Of a stretch of DNA of 64,000 nt, positions 10,083 to 20,459 are shown piece after piece. Both the position numbers and the translations under genes were made by a program. How positions within the stretch are numbered: the first letter of the stretch is position 1; the number at the start of each line of letters is the position of its first letter. Under the pieces are notes generated by a model that was given only the letters and a program-made list of their open reading frames with translations, did not search any database and was not told the DNA's origin. Origin of the DNA: an uncultured Gemmatimonadales bacterium (GTDB taxonomy: Bacteria > Gemmatimonadota > Gemmatimonadetes > Longimicrobiales > RSA9); NCBI GenBank assembly GCA_963783305.1, contig CAWAMW010000002.1:800001-864000 (forward strand). Direction: 5' to 3'.

Positions 10083-11312
10083 CTACCCCAGCTCCGGCAC
10101 CGGCAGTCCACGCGTGGCGAGGATCCGCTCGAGCGTCTGGCCGATCTTGTTGTTCGGTGTGGAGGCCCCGGCGGTGAAGCCGAAGGTGAGCGCCCCCTCA
10201 GGCATCCAGTCCCGTACCAGCTCCTCCGGCGCGTCGGCGTCCAGGACGGGCTTGTGTCGGATGGTCGCCGCCTCCACATCGATGCAGGTCGCGTCGCTGA
10301 TGTGATACGTGGTCGTGTACTCGCGGCACAGATGCGCCAGGTGATTCGTGTTCGACGAGTTGTAGCCGCCGATGACGATCATGATGTCCGGCGGCTCCTT
10401 CATCAGCTCCTTGACCGCGTCCTGGCGCTCCTGGGTGGCCGAGCAGATGGTGTCGAAGCTGCGGAAGTGCTCCGCCTTCGCCTCCTGCCCGTGCCGCACC
10501 GCCACGCTCCGGCCGATGGCCTCCGCAATGGCAAGGCTCTCCGTCGAAAGCATGGTGGTCTGGTTCGCAGCACCCACTCTCACCAGATCACGGTCCGGAT
10601 CGAAATCCGGGGACGCCTTGTCCTTGAAGTGCTCCAGGAACTCCTGCCGGTCCAGCGCGTGGTCGCTCTGCTCGATGTAGTCCATCAGCAGCTGCGCCTC
10701 GTCCATACTCCGGACAATGACGTACCGCCCGCCGTGGCGGTTGGCCTGTGATGCCGTGGCCCGCGTCTCCTCGTGCTGGTACTTCCCGTGGATGATCGCG
10801 GTGAACCCATCCTTCGCGTACTGATCCACGCGCTTCCACACGTTGAGCACCGATCCGCACGTCGTATCGATCAGCACACAGCCGATCTCCTTCAGGGTCT
10901 CGAAATCATGCAGAGTCACGCCGAACGCCGGCATGATCACCACATGGTCAGGCGTGACGATGGAGAAATCGAACTTGCCGTGGGCGTCGGGATAGATGAA
11001 CTCGATCCCCATGTCCCTGAGCCGCTGATTCACGTGCGGGTTGTGGATGATCTCGCCCACCAGGTAGATCTGTCGATCCGGGAACTTCATGGCCGTCTGA
11101 TACGCATAATCCACGGCGCGATCCACGCCGTAGCAGAAGCCAAATTCCTCCGCCAGCTTGACCGTGATGTCCCCGAACGTCGCCTTGTGTCCTTCCGCGG
11201 CCTTGATCTGGGCGACGACCGCGCTGTGGTACTCGGCGTCCAGCACCGGCTGGACTTCCTTTTTGAGCCCGAGCCCACGTCGGAAGTAGGTGTCGGTGGA
11301 TGCGTCGGCCAT
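10083..11312 (-). CDS. ispH: 4-hydroxy-3-methylbut-2-enyl diphosphate reductase
   Basis: FGFCYGVDRA, IIHNP, DTTC, HEET, NQTT, DTICSATQERQ, SSNT and TAGASTP motifs. Confidence 0.95.
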   Translation of the reverse strand: MADASTDTYFRRGLGLKKEVQPVLDAEYHSAVVAQIKAAEGHKATFGDITVKLAEEFGFCYGVDRAVDYAYQTAMKFPDRQIYLVGEIIHNPHVNQRLRDMGIEFIYPDAHGKFDFSIVTPDHVVIMPAFGVTLHDFETLKEIGCVLIDTTCGSVLNVWKRVDQYAKDGFTAIIHGKYQHEETRATASQANRHGGRYVIVRSMDEAQLLMDYIEQSDHALDRQEFLEHFKDKASPDFDPDRDLVRVGAANQTTMLSTESLAIAEAIGRSVAVRHGQEAKAEHFRSFDTICSATQERQDAVKELMKEPPDIMIVIGGYNSSNTNHLAHLCREYTTTYHISDATCIDVEAATIRHKPVLDADAPEELVRDWMPEGALTFGFTAGASTPNNKIGQTLERILATRGLPVPELG

Positions 11313-11545
11313 CGAGCTTCGAGGTTCGAGTAGGTTCCAGTGCGGGGGGAGCGTACGCTCGCCGCGTACCACGCCCGGGTGAATTGGAACCCCGGCCGAG
11401 ACGGCGTGTTCCGGGTTCGGACCACGGCCCTTGGGGCAGGGGGCCGCCGGAGCCAGGTAAAGGCACGCGGGGCGGGCGTCGTATAGATTGCGTGCCCGGG
11501 AGGCACGGTTCAGTCCGCCCAATCATACAGCCCTGGAGGAACGTG

Positions 11546-12379
11546 ATGAAGCGAGTCCCTTTGTCGACCGCGGCCATCGTCGTGGCGCTGCTGGCCCTGA
11601 TGCTGGCCGGAACCAGCGCGTGCACCAGAGTGGACAGCTACGAGGTGGCGGTGAAGAAGAACGCCGTAACCGGTCAGGTGGCGGACGAGATTTACGGGCA
11701 GGGCCTGTACCACTCCATTTTCCGCGACTGGACGACCTACCCACGGCGCGAGATCCAGTACCCCGACGAGTCCCGCAGCGAGCGCCTCACGGCCCTCACG
11801 AGCGACCAGCTCACGATCACCATCGACGCGGCGTACCGCTACCGCGTGGTCCCCGACTCCGCGCTCGACCTCTACCTGACGGTGGGCGACATGGACCAGG
11901 TGCACCAGTTCGTCTACAACAGCTATCGCTCCGCCGCACGCGACGCCGTGGCGAACATCGCCGCCGCGGAGCTCCTGTCACGTGAGCGCGCCGGAATCGG
12001 TGAGCAGATCCGCACCATCATGACGCTGCGCCTGGCCCCCCGGGGCATCCAGATCACCGATTTCTTCGTCCGGGACATCGAGCCACCGCCGGCGATCCGG
12101 GAGGCGATCGAGCAGAAGCTGGCGCGGGAACAGCAGGTGCAGGCGGAGGGATACCAGACGCAGGTCGTGCAGGAGCAGGCGAACCAGAGGCGAGCTGAGG
12201 CCGAAGGGATCCGCGACGCACAGCAGACCATCTCCGAGTCCCTCGCCGGCGTGAGCGGCCAGCGCTACCTCTACTGGCGATACATCGAGTCGCTCATGGA
12301 GATCGGCAAGGGGGAGAACAACCTGGTCATCGCCCCCACCGAGGGCGGTGTGCCCGTGTTCGTGACACCCGGCGGCTGA
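11546..12379 (+). CDS. SPFH/prohibitin-family protein (possible lipoprotein)
   Basis: Hydrophobic leader ending TSAC; band-7 core (LTSDQLTITID...RSAARD) and C-terminal coiled coil (AIEQK...AEAEG). Confidence 0.85.
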   Translation: MKRVPLSTAAIVVALLALMLAGTSACTRVDSYEVAVKKNAVTGQVADEIYGQGLYHSIFRDWTTYPRREIQYPDESRSERLTALTSDQLTITIDAAYRYRVVPDSALDLYLTVGDMDQVHQFVYNSYRSAARDAVANIAAAELLSRERAGIGEQIRTIMTLRLAPRGIQITDFFVRDIEPPPAIREAIEQKLAREQQVQAEGYQTQVVQEQANQRRAEAEGIRDAQQTISESLAGVSGQRYLYWRYIESLMEIGKGENNLVIAPTEGGVPVFVTPGG

Positions 12380-12770
12380 CGGAAGGGCGCCGGACCACGT
12401 AAACATCAGGCGGACCGGCAGTTGCACTTGTTCCCAGGTGTGGCAGGGGGGCGGGTCAGGCGCTCGCCGCCGGCCCGGCCCACGCCCCCCGGAAGCCCCC
12501 GGGAGCCCCCCGGGTGCCGCATATCCATTCGTCGCGGGCCATGGGCCACACCCGATCACCGTCGAGGCCAGGCGTAGTATTGAGCGAGAACCCCGCCGCC
12601 CCGGACCTGCCTCACGTACGTGCGAGCCCGCTCCGGCCGTGGGAGAGAGTATCAGCGCGGGAGGTGGGTCAGGGTGTGCCCGGTTGCCGGGTCGGCGACG
12701 CGAGGTCTCGCGCGTGCGAGGAAATACCCTTACGTTTCATGGCTTTCCGTGCTAATAGCGAGGTGAACGC

Positions 12771-13841
12771 GTGGACGTGAGATCGGTGGAGTTCCTCAAG
12801 CAGCTGCTGGACGCCCCCGGGCCGAGCGGGTTCGAGGCCCGGCCGGCTCGTGTGTGGCGGGCGGAGGCTGAGCGAATCGGCGGCGAGGTGACCGCCGATG
12901 TGAGCGGGAACTCGTTCGCCACGCTGAACCCTGGCGGCAGTCCGCGGGTCATGCTGGCCGGTCATATCGACGAGATCGGGCTGATGGTGACCCACATCGA
13001 CGAAGAGGGCTACCTCTACGTTGAGGGGATCGGCGGCTGGGACCCGCAGGTCCTCGTGGGGCAGCGGGTGAAGCTGCTCGCTCGCGACGGCGACGTGCGG
13101 GGCGTGGTGGGGAAGAAGCCGATCCACCTGATGAAGGGCGACGAGAAGGAGAAGGCCTCGAAGGTCACGGATCTCTGGGTCGACATCGGAGCGGCCGACC
13201 GGGAGTCGGTCAAGCGGCGGGGTGTGCGGGTGGGTGACCCGGCCGTGATCGATGCACCTCTGCTCGAGCTTACGGAGGACCTGATCGCCAGCCGTGCCAT
13301 CGACAACCGGATCGGCGCGTTCGTGGTACTGGAGGCGCTGCGGCTGTTGGCGGAGGACCGGCCTTCAGCGAGCATCACGGCGGTGGCCACGACCCAGGAG
13401 GAGATCGGGTATCAGGGCGGTGGTGCCCGCACGAGCGCGTACCGGATCGAGCCGCATGTGGCGCTGGTGGTCGATGTTACGTTCGCCTCGGATGCGCCCG
13501 GAGTGGAGAAGAAGGAGCTGGGCGAACACAAGCTCGGGGGCGGGCCGGTGCTTGGTCGGGGCTCAGCGGTGCATCCGGTGGTGTTCGATCGGCTGGTGGA
13601 TGCTGCGGAACGTGAAGGCATCCCCTACACGATTGCTGCGCAGGCGAGGTACACGGCCACGGATGCCGACTCGATCTACCTCTCGAGGGCCGGTGTGGCC
13701 ACCGGGCTCATCTCGGTTCCGAATCGCTACATGCACTCGCCGAACGAGGTGGTGAGCCGGGGGGACCTCGAGCTGGCGGCGCGGCTTATGGCGGCGTTCG
13801 TGCGGGACCTCTCGGCGGACACGGACTTCGTCACGCGGTGA
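12771..13841 (+). CDS. M42-family metallo-aminopeptidase
   Basis: PGPSGFE, AGHIDEIG, AIDNRIG, QEEIG, VDVT and RYMHSPNE motifs. Confidence 0.92.
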   Translation: MDVRSVEFLKQLLDAPGPSGFEARPARVWRAEAERIGGEVTADVSGNSFATLNPGGSPRVMLAGHIDEIGLMVTHIDEEGYLYVEGIGGWDPQVLVGQRVKLLARDGDVRGVVGKKPIHLMKGDEKEKASKVTDLWVDIGAADRESVKRRGVRVGDPAVIDAPLLELTEDLIASRAIDNRIGAFVVLEALRLLAEDRPSASITAVATTQEEIGYQGGGARTSAYRIEPHVALVVDVTFASDAPGVEKKELGEHKLGGGPVLGRGSAVHPVVFDRLVDAAEREGIPYTIAAQARYTATDADSIYLSRAGVATGLISVPNRYMHSPNEVVSRGDLELAARLMAAFVRDLSADTDFVTR

Positions 13842-14458
13842 TCGACATCACGCAGCCGCTGGGGGTCGGGGTCGGGTGCTGGCCGGGTGACGTCCCATTC
13901 GAGCTGGAGTGGACGCTCCGGCGCGACCGGGGCGACAGCGTGGATGTGGCGGCGATCCGCATGAGCGTGCATACGGGCACGCACGTGGACGGACCGCTCC
14001 ACGTGATGCCGGGGATGACGGCTGGTGAGCTGCCGCTGGATCGGTTCATGGGGGCGGCCACGGTCGTGGATGCGAGGCCGCACCGCTCCGAGGCCGGGGC
14101 AGTGCTTGCTTCGGCTCTGGACGGGGTGGAAGCGTCCCGGACGCCACGGGTGCTGTTCCGGACCCGTGACGAAGTGGACCCGACGCGTTTTCCGGACGCC
14201 GTGGCGGCGCTGTCCCCGGCGCTCGCACGGCGTCTCGTGGACGAGGCATTCGTGCTCGTGGGGACGGATGCGCCTTCAGTGGATCCGTTGGACTCGCGGT
14301 CGCTGGATGCGCACCGGATCCTGGCGGAAGCGGGGATTCCGAACGTGGAGAACCTGGTGTTGAGCGAGGTCGCGCCGGGCGAGTACACGTTCGTGGGGCT
14401 GCCGCTGCGGCTTGCGGGTGCGGATAGCGCCCCGCTTCGGGCGGTGCTGGTTCCTTGA
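13838..14458 (+). CDS. kynB: Cyclase family metal hydrolase (kynurenine formamidase-like)
   Basis: HTGTHVDGPLH, GTDAPSVD, ENL and DSAPLRAVL motifs. Confidence 0.75.
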   Translation: MIDITQPLGVGVGCWPGDVPFELEWTLRRDRGDSVDVAAIRMSVHTGTHVDGPLHVMPGMTAGELPLDRFMGAATVVDARPHRSEAGAVLASALDGVEASRTPRVLFRTRDEVDPTRFPDAVAALSPALARRLVDEAFVLVGTDAPSVDPLDSRSLDAHRILAEAGIPNVENLVLSEVAPGEYTFVGLPLRLAGADSAPLRAVLVP

Positions 14459-14922
14459 CTGTGCCGATCGTGATCCCCTGGGATCTGTACGAGGGAAAGC
14501 TGGTGGTGTGGTGCGAGGCGGTGGCCGCGGGCGCCCGACGGGCGGTCCTGCTGCCGCGCCTGGACACGATCTTCGCACCGGTCCGGGAGGATCCCGCGCG
14601 GGAGCAGGAGTACTCGGCTCTCGACTGGCAGCTGGTCAGTCCTCGGGAGTCGGACTGGACGAAGTACGAGGGAATGGTGAAGCGTCACACGGCGCGTTAT
14701 TCGATCGAGTATCGGATGCAGCGCGTGGAGAACGTGGCGGAGTGGGTGGGCGGCGCGAAGGTCGTAGTGCCGCAGTACCACCTCTGGCTGTACCGTGAGG
14801 AGTCGGTCGCGGCCGAGATCGATGAATTGTACGCGGAGTCCGATGCCGAAAGGCGGCGCGGGCTCTGGCGAGAGTTGCTGACGTGGCAGACGTCGGCTGA
14901 ACCGAGGATGGAGGAAGATTGA
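14455..14922 (+). CDS. Hypothetical protein
   Basis: Overlaps both neighbours by 4 nt (translational coupling); no recognised motif. Confidence 0.65.
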   Translation: MTVPIVIPWDLYEGKLVVWCEAVAAGARRAVLLPRLDTIFAPVREDPAREQEYSALDWQLVSPRESDWTKYEGMVKRHTARYSIEYRMQRVENVAEWVGGAKVVVPQYHLWLYREESVAAEIDELYAESDAERRRGLWRELLTWQTSAEPRMEED

Positions 14923-15401
14923 AGCGAATGGATACGACGACGCTGGTGAAGGAACTGCAATCGATGCGCGAGGGCGGCTACCTGCCCGACCCGATCCTGC
15001 GCAAGGCGGTGCGTGCGCTGCACGAGGCGGAAGACAAGTACAAGTGGGTGGGGATCTACCTCATGCGGGACAACGAGGCCAAGCTCTGGCTGCATAACTA
15101 CGTGGGCGCCCCCACGGAGCACGCGGAGATCGAGGTAGGCCAGGGCGTCTGCGGCACGGCGGTCGCCGAGAAGGCGAACCAGATGGTTCAGGACGTGAGC
15201 GCGGTGGAGAACTACCTGGCGTGCAATCCCAAGGTAAAGTCGGAGCTGGTGGTGCTGATCCGGGCCGGTGACGAGATCCTCGGCCAGATCGACATCGACA
15301 GCCACGAGAAGGAGGCCTTCACCGAAAAGGACGAGCAGGAGGTCCAGGCGGTGGCGGACAAGCTCGCCGAGGTGCTGATGGCCGAGCGCCACGCCGGCTG
15401 A
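14919..15401 (+). CDS. GAF protein, free Met-(R)-sulfoxide reductase (MsrC/YebR)-like
   Basis: WVGIY, GQGVCGTA, YLAC, SELVV and QIDIDS motifs. The true start may be the ATG at 14928. Confidence 0.75.
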   Translation: MKRMDTTTLVKELQSMREGGYLPDPILRKAVRALHEAEDKYKWVGIYLMRDNEAKLWLHNYVGAPTEHAEIEVGQGVCGTAVAEKANQMVQDVSAVENYLACNPKVKSELVVLIRAGDEILGQIDIDSHEKEAFTEKDEQEVQAVADKLAEVLMAERHAG

Positions 15402-15402
15402 C

Positions 15403-16161
15403 ATGCTCCGCACGATCCTCGCGCCGAACGCGTCGCCGCTGACGCTGGACGGCACGCGGACCTACATCGTGGGGGAGTCCAGGCCGGCGATCATCGATCC
15501 TGGCCCCGCGGATTCATCCCACCTGGACGCCATCACCGAGGCGATCGGCGATGGCGTTCCCGTAGCCATCCTGGTCACCCATTCGCATCCGGACCACAAT
15601 GCGGGCGCCAGCGCGTTGGCGGAGCGGCTGGATGTCCCCGTGCGCCGTCTGGGAAACCGGTCGCTCGGCGAGGGTCAGGAGGTGGAGACCGACTCGGGCC
15701 GGCTCGTCACCGTGGCAACGCCGGGACACACCACCGACCATGCCGCCTTCCACTGGCCGGATTCCGACGCAGTGTTCTGCGGCGACCTCATGATGGGCGG
15801 GCACCATACGGCACTGGTGGCGCCGCCGGAGGGGCGGCTTGGCCCCTATCTGATGTCGCTGGAGCGGGTTCGGGGGCTGGCACCAGGAGTGATCTACCCG
15901 GCGCACGGCCCCGCCTTCGACGACCCCCAGGCGGCCCTGGATCGCTACGTGGGCCACCGCAGGGCCCGGCTGGATCAGGTGCTACGGGCGGTGAGGGGAG
16001 GCGCCCACGACTACGAGACCCTGCGCCGGGTCGTCTATGGCGATTCGCTGGAGCCGGGCCTGGAGCGGGCGGCGATGGCGGCGCTGAAGGCGTATCTGGA
16101 ACACCTGCAGGGACTCGGGGAGGTCCGGCGACTGCGGCGCGGCTGGGAGGCGACGAGCTGA
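15403..16161 (+). CDS. Metallo-beta-lactamase-fold hydrolase (LACTB2-like)
   Basis: THSHPDH, TPGHTTDH, GD and PAHG motifs. Confidence 0.88.
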   Translation: MLRTILAPNASPLTLDGTRTYIVGESRPAIIDPGPADSSHLDAITEAIGDGVPVAILVTHSHPDHNAGASALAERLDVPVRRLGNRSLGEGQEVETDSGRLVTVATPGHTTDHAAFHWPDSDAVFCGDLMMGGHHTALVAPPEGRLGPYLMSLERVRGLAPGVIYPAHGPAFDDPQAALDRYVGHRRARLDQVLRAVRGGAHDYETLRRVVYGDSLEPGLERAAMAALKAYLEHLQGLGEVRRLRRGWEATS

Positions 16162-16165
16162 GCGC

Positions 16166-18163
16166 TCAGGCCCTGGCGTGGGGCTTGGTGCGGTAGAGCT
16201 CGGCATCCGCGGCGCGCAGGAGCGCCTCGGGGTTGCCCATGTCCGGCGCGAACTCCGCGAGACCGGCCGACACCTTCAGGGGACCGTGGCCGAGGGCTGC
16301 CACGCCGAGGTCGAAGCGGTCGCGCACCCGCCGTATGAACGACCGGGCACCTTCCGCATCGGTGTCCGAGAGGATCGCGACGAACTCATCGCCGCCATAT
16401 CGAGCCGCCACGTTCATGGCGCGCATCTCGTTCTGGAGCGCCCGGGCAAACGCCTGAAGCGCCTTGTCCCCGGCCACGTGGCCGTAGGTATCGTTGTACT
16501 CCTTGAACAGGTCCAGGTCGAAGATGACGGCCGTCAGGTCGCGGCCGCGGAGCGCAGCGGCGAACTCGCGGGGCAGATCGCGCTCGAGTTGGCGCCGGTT
16601 GGCGAGTCCGGTGAGGGGATCCGTCACGGACATGACCGTCACCTGCTCGAAGAGGCGTGCCTGCTGAATCGCGATGGCCGCCTGCTCGGCCAGGGCTCCC
16701 ATGAGCTCGAGCTCCTCCGCATCGAACGGCTCGCTCCGAATGCAGGCGAACAGCGCTCCCAGCGTTTCACCCCGGAAGTGGATGGGCGCAGCCGCCACCG
16801 GCCACCGTCCCAGGAACGACAGGCTCTGAGGCTGGATGAAGGGATCCCGGGAGGGGTCGGCGCTGGCGCGCGGCTCTTCGTGCCGGACCACCCAGCCGGT
16901 GAAGCTTCCCTGGAGTGGGAAGCGCAGACCGATCACGTCGCCGGGCAGCCCTACCGCCGATCGCGTCTCGAGGGACTGGCCGTCGGCCGTGAGGAGCTCG
17001 ATCCCGGCGCCCCTGGTGCCGAAGACGGAGCGAGCGGACTCGGAAATGACCCGAAGAGTCTCATCGAGCTCGGTGGTGCCGGCGAGGGAGTGGGTGACCT
17101 CCACGAGGGCCCGGGTATGGGCAAGCTGCCGACGCCGATCGGCGTCCCTGTCGGCAATGTTGAACGCCTGCCCCGTGCGGACGGAAAGGACCAGGGCGAG
17201 GGCCGTAACGGCGATGACGGTCTCCAGTCGGGGCGGCCGGCCCAGGCCCATGTCGAGTACGGCCAGGGCCAGGAACAGTGCGGCGGCCGGCACGAGCATT
17301 TTCCGGATCGCGTCGGGTCCCCGTCTGCGCGCCAGCATGGCGCGCGCGGTTGCGGGCACGAGGCGAGCGGTGAACCCGGCCATCGCGAACAGCAGCCAGC
17401 CGGCCAGCTCTATGTAGTCCGACGGCTCGGTGATGGTGTAGCGCGGCGTGCCGAGTCCCGTCAGCGAGAGAAAGGCGGCGAGAGCGAACGCGAGCGCCGC
17501 CGCCAGCAGGAGCGAGGCGGCCCAGGGCGAGAGGGTCCCTCCCCTGCGGAGCACCAGCTGAGCCGCCAGGAAGACAGGAATAACGGTCAGTGCCTGGAGT
17601 GCGGCCAGGATCGTCGGCTCAACGCCTCCACCCGGGAGCCGCAGGAGGGCGGGCTCCGCCACCAGCCGGAGCGAAGCGGCGATCAGGGCCAGGAGCAGGA
17701 GCGTGGTGTCGGCCGCCAGGCGCGGCGTCCAGATCCTCCGCCGGCGCGAGCCGGTGGCCAGGGCGGCGCCGAGGGTGATGGCGACGGGGGGCAGCAGAAG
17801 CAGGTACCCCGACAGGGGCATGATCCCCTCGAGCGTGGCGGGCGACTCGTAGGACCACGCGAGGTGTCCGGCGGCGCCCAGGACAGCGGCTGCCTGGAAG
17901 GCCCGGAAAGCGGTGTTCGCGAGCGACTCCGCCCGCCGAGCGGCGTACCCCCAACCGACCGCGGCGAGAACCGGACAGAGGACCCAGGGAAGGGCGCCGA
18001 GGCTGGACGAGACGGAGCCCGCCAGCAGGAGCGGGAGGTAGGCCAGGAGAAGCAGCGTGATCGCGGTGCCCACCCCCCACCAGAGGCCGCCTGACCGCCA
18101 GCGCGAGGCGATGTCATGAGACGGCCGGTGGACCCGGAGCGTGCCGGGCAGCTGAACACCCAT
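16166..18163 (-). CDS. Membrane-bound GAF-GGDEF diguanylate cyclase
   Basis: Multiple TM helices, a GAF domain, DPLTGLANRR, DLDLFKEYNDTYGHVAGD and RYGGDEF. Confidence 0.9.
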   Translation of the reverse strand: MGVQLPGTLRVHRPSHDIASRWRSGGLWWGVGTAITLLLLAYLPLLLAGSVSSSLGALPWVLCPVLAAVGWGYAARRAESLANTAFRAFQAAAVLGAAGHLAWSYESPATLEGIMPLSGYLLLLPPVAITLGAALATGSRRRRIWTPRLAADTTLLLLALIAASLRLVAEPALLRLPGGGVEPTILAALQALTVIPVFLAAQLVLRRGGTLSPWAASLLLAAALAFALAAFLSLTGLGTPRYTITEPSDYIELAGWLLFAMAGFTARLVPATARAMLARRRGPDAIRKMLVPAAALFLALAVLDMGLGRPPRLETVIAVTALALVLSVRTGQAFNIADRDADRRRQLAHTRALVEVTHSLAGTTELDETLRVISESARSVFGTRGAGIELLTADGQSLETRSAVGLPGDVIGLRFPLQGSFTGWVVRHEEPRASADPSRDPFIQPQSLSFLGRWPVAAAPIHFRGETLGALFACIRSEPFDAEELELMGALAEQAAIAIQQARLFEQVTVMSVTDPLTGLANRRQLERDLPREFAAALRGRDLTAVIFDLDLFKEYNDTYGHVAGDKALQAFARALQNEMRAMNVAARYGGDEFVAILSDTDAEGARSFIRRVRDRFDLGVAALGHGPLKVSAGLAEFAPDMGNPEALLRAADAELYRTKPHARA

Positions 18164-18273
18164 GGTACAGCTTCTCCTGTGGTGAGCGGCCGGGGAGAGG
18201 GGTCGGTCGGGGATCGTGAGGATCGCACTCTATATACGCCACGCCCGGCGGCGCAACAAGGAGCGGCGGTGCG

Positions 18274-19741
18274 CTATTCGCCTCCGTGTTTCCCGGCGAC
18301 CGTGGCCGCGGCCTCTGTCAGCAGTGCCCAGGCCCGCGCCACATGCTCTTCCCGCGTGCGCAGGTTCCCGATCGCGAGCCGGATCGCAAAGCGGCCGCGC
18401 ACACGCGTATGGGAGAGGAACGCTTCCCCGCTCCGGTTCACGCGATCCAGCACCTCCTGGTTGAGCGCGTCGATCGCCTCCTCATCCTGCATGTGATCGG
18501 GGCGGAAGCGGAACACCACCACTGAGAACGTCACGGGCGCAAGCAGCTCGCACCCGGGGTCGTCGTGCACCCACTCGGCCAGGGTAGCGGCGAGCCGGAG
18601 GTGGTTTCGGAGCGCATTCTGCGATCCCCCGGCGGCCGAAATACCGCAGGACGAACCAGAGCTTGAGCGAACGGAAGCGGCGTCCGAGGGCGACGCCGTA
18701 GTCCATGAGGTTGGTGACGTCGGTCTCGCCCGTCTCCAGGTACTCAGGGGTGAGACTGAAGGCCCGGCGCATTACCTCCGGATGTCGGGTGTACGCGGCG
18801 GAGCAGTCGATGGGCACGAACAGCCACTTGTGAGGGTTCACCACCAGCGAGTCGGCGCGTTCGCAACCGTCGAGTACGTGCCGCAGCTCGGGGACCACGG
18901 CCGCGGCGCCACCATACGCGGCGTCCACGTGCAGCCAGACTCCCTCCGAGCCACATATGTCGGCGATCGCGGGCACAGGATCCACCGCGGTCACCCCCGT
19001 GGTCCCGACCGTGGCCACCACCGCAAGGGGCCGGAGCCCACGGGCGCGATCCTGGCGAATGGCTCTGGTCAGCATCTCCGGCGACATCCGGAACGCCTCG
19101 TCCGTGGGGATCCGGACCACGTTCTCGGACCCGAGCCCGAGGGTGATCGCGGCCTTGTCCACGCTGGAGTGCGCCTCCACGGACGCATAGACCCGGAAGG
19201 GCGCCAGGTCCTCCCGCCCGGCCATGCCGCGTGCTCGAATGTCGAGGCCCGTGGATTCCCGGGCGGCGGCGAGGGCGTAGAGCGTGCTGGACGACGCGGT
19301 GTCGTTGATCACGCCATGGAACCCCTCCGGGAGGCCGATCATCTGGCGTAGCCAGTCGAGGGTGACCTCCTCCAGCTCCGTCTGGGCGGGACCGCTCTTC
19401 CATAGCATGGCATTGACGTTCAGCGCCGCCGCGAGTGCCTCGCCCAGGATCCCGGGCGCCGAGGCCGTAATGCCGAAATAGGCGAAAAACGCCGGGTGGT
19501 TCCAGTGCGTGGTGTTGGGGACGATGAGCCGGTCGTAGTCGTCCAGAATGCGATCGAACGGCTCCGGGGCCTCGGGGGGGTGTTTCGGCAGGCGGCTCCG
19601 GATGGCCCCGGGACGGATATCCGGGAGCACGTCTACGGCGTCGGGGTGGGCGAGGTAATCAGCGATCCGATCGATCACGGCCCGTCCGTACGCCCGGAAC
19701 GCCTCGTCCTCCATGTCGACGCCTTCACGATCCCTGGTCAT
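18274..19741 (-). pseudogene. Group II PLP-dependent (aromatic amino acid) decarboxylase, split by a 1-nt frameshift near 18617
   Basis: THWNHPAFFAYF, LHVDAAYGG, NPHKW (PLP Lys) and GRRFRSLKLW in one frame; the C-terminus (LRNHLRLA...FLSHTRVRGRFAIRLAIGN) continues in another frame. Confidence 0.85.
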
Positions 19742-19871
19742 CCGGTCGCTCCTGGACCCGCGGTTCGAAGGCGGCCACCGTGCGGCAGGGCTCTTTACGC
19801 GACGCGGTCGGGAACCCACCTTGCCGGTGGGATCGGAGCACGACAGTCGCCCTGAACACGGGAGCCGAACG

Positions 19872-20417
19872 ATGGACGATACGCCTGGGGCCGGCACCGC
19901 CGCCACCCCGACCGGAAGGAAGCGCGGCAGGGGCATGCTGTGGGGACTGCTTGCCGTAGTGATCGCTTTTTCAGCTGGCTTCCTGTGGCAGTTCTACGAA
20001 GCCACCACCGTGCGCGACCAGCTGACGACCGCGGAGCAGGAGCTGGCGATGGAGCGGCTTCGTGTCCACCTCGGGCAGGCCGCCCTGGCCGCACAGTCCG
20101 GGAACTACGAGTTGGCGCGCCAGCAGATGAGCGGCTTCTTCGGCAAGCTCGAGGATCTCCCGGCGGGTCTCGACCCGGCGCTGGTCGGCGTCTCGGACGA
20201 CTTCCTGAACATGCGCGACGAAGTGATCACCGGGCTCAGCCGCTCCAACCCGGAGTATGCGGACGTCGTCTACGGGATGTACGAGAACCTGAATGGCGCC
20301 ATCGATCGGGCGATCGGTACGACCGGCGGCGTGCCCGCGACTCCCATCGGCGCGCCGGCGCAGGAGGACGAGAGGGGCATGAGCCCGGTGGACAGTGGAC
20401 CGGGAGCGGGCGACTGA
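19872..20417 (+). CDS. Hypothetical single-pass membrane protein with coiled coil
   Basis: TM helix MLWGLLAVVIAFSAGFLW followed by a helical domain; GGAG upstream. Confidence 0.65.
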   Translation: MDDTPGAGTAATPTGRKRGRGMLWGLLAVVIAFSAGFLWQFYEATTVRDQLTTAEQELAMERLRVHLGQAALAAQSGNYELARQQMSGFFGKLEDLPAGLDPALVGVSDDFLNMRDEVITGLSRSNPEYADVVYGMYENLNGAIDRAIGTTGGVPATPIGAPAQEDERGMSPVDSGPGAGD

Positions 20418-20459
20418 GGCGCGGCAGGACGCCGCGAGTGGTATCCCGCGACGGGGGAA

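Noticed and set aside
12465..12520. CCCCCGG-type imperfect repeats
   Set aside because: Low-complexity GC sequence with no consistent unit or spacer.
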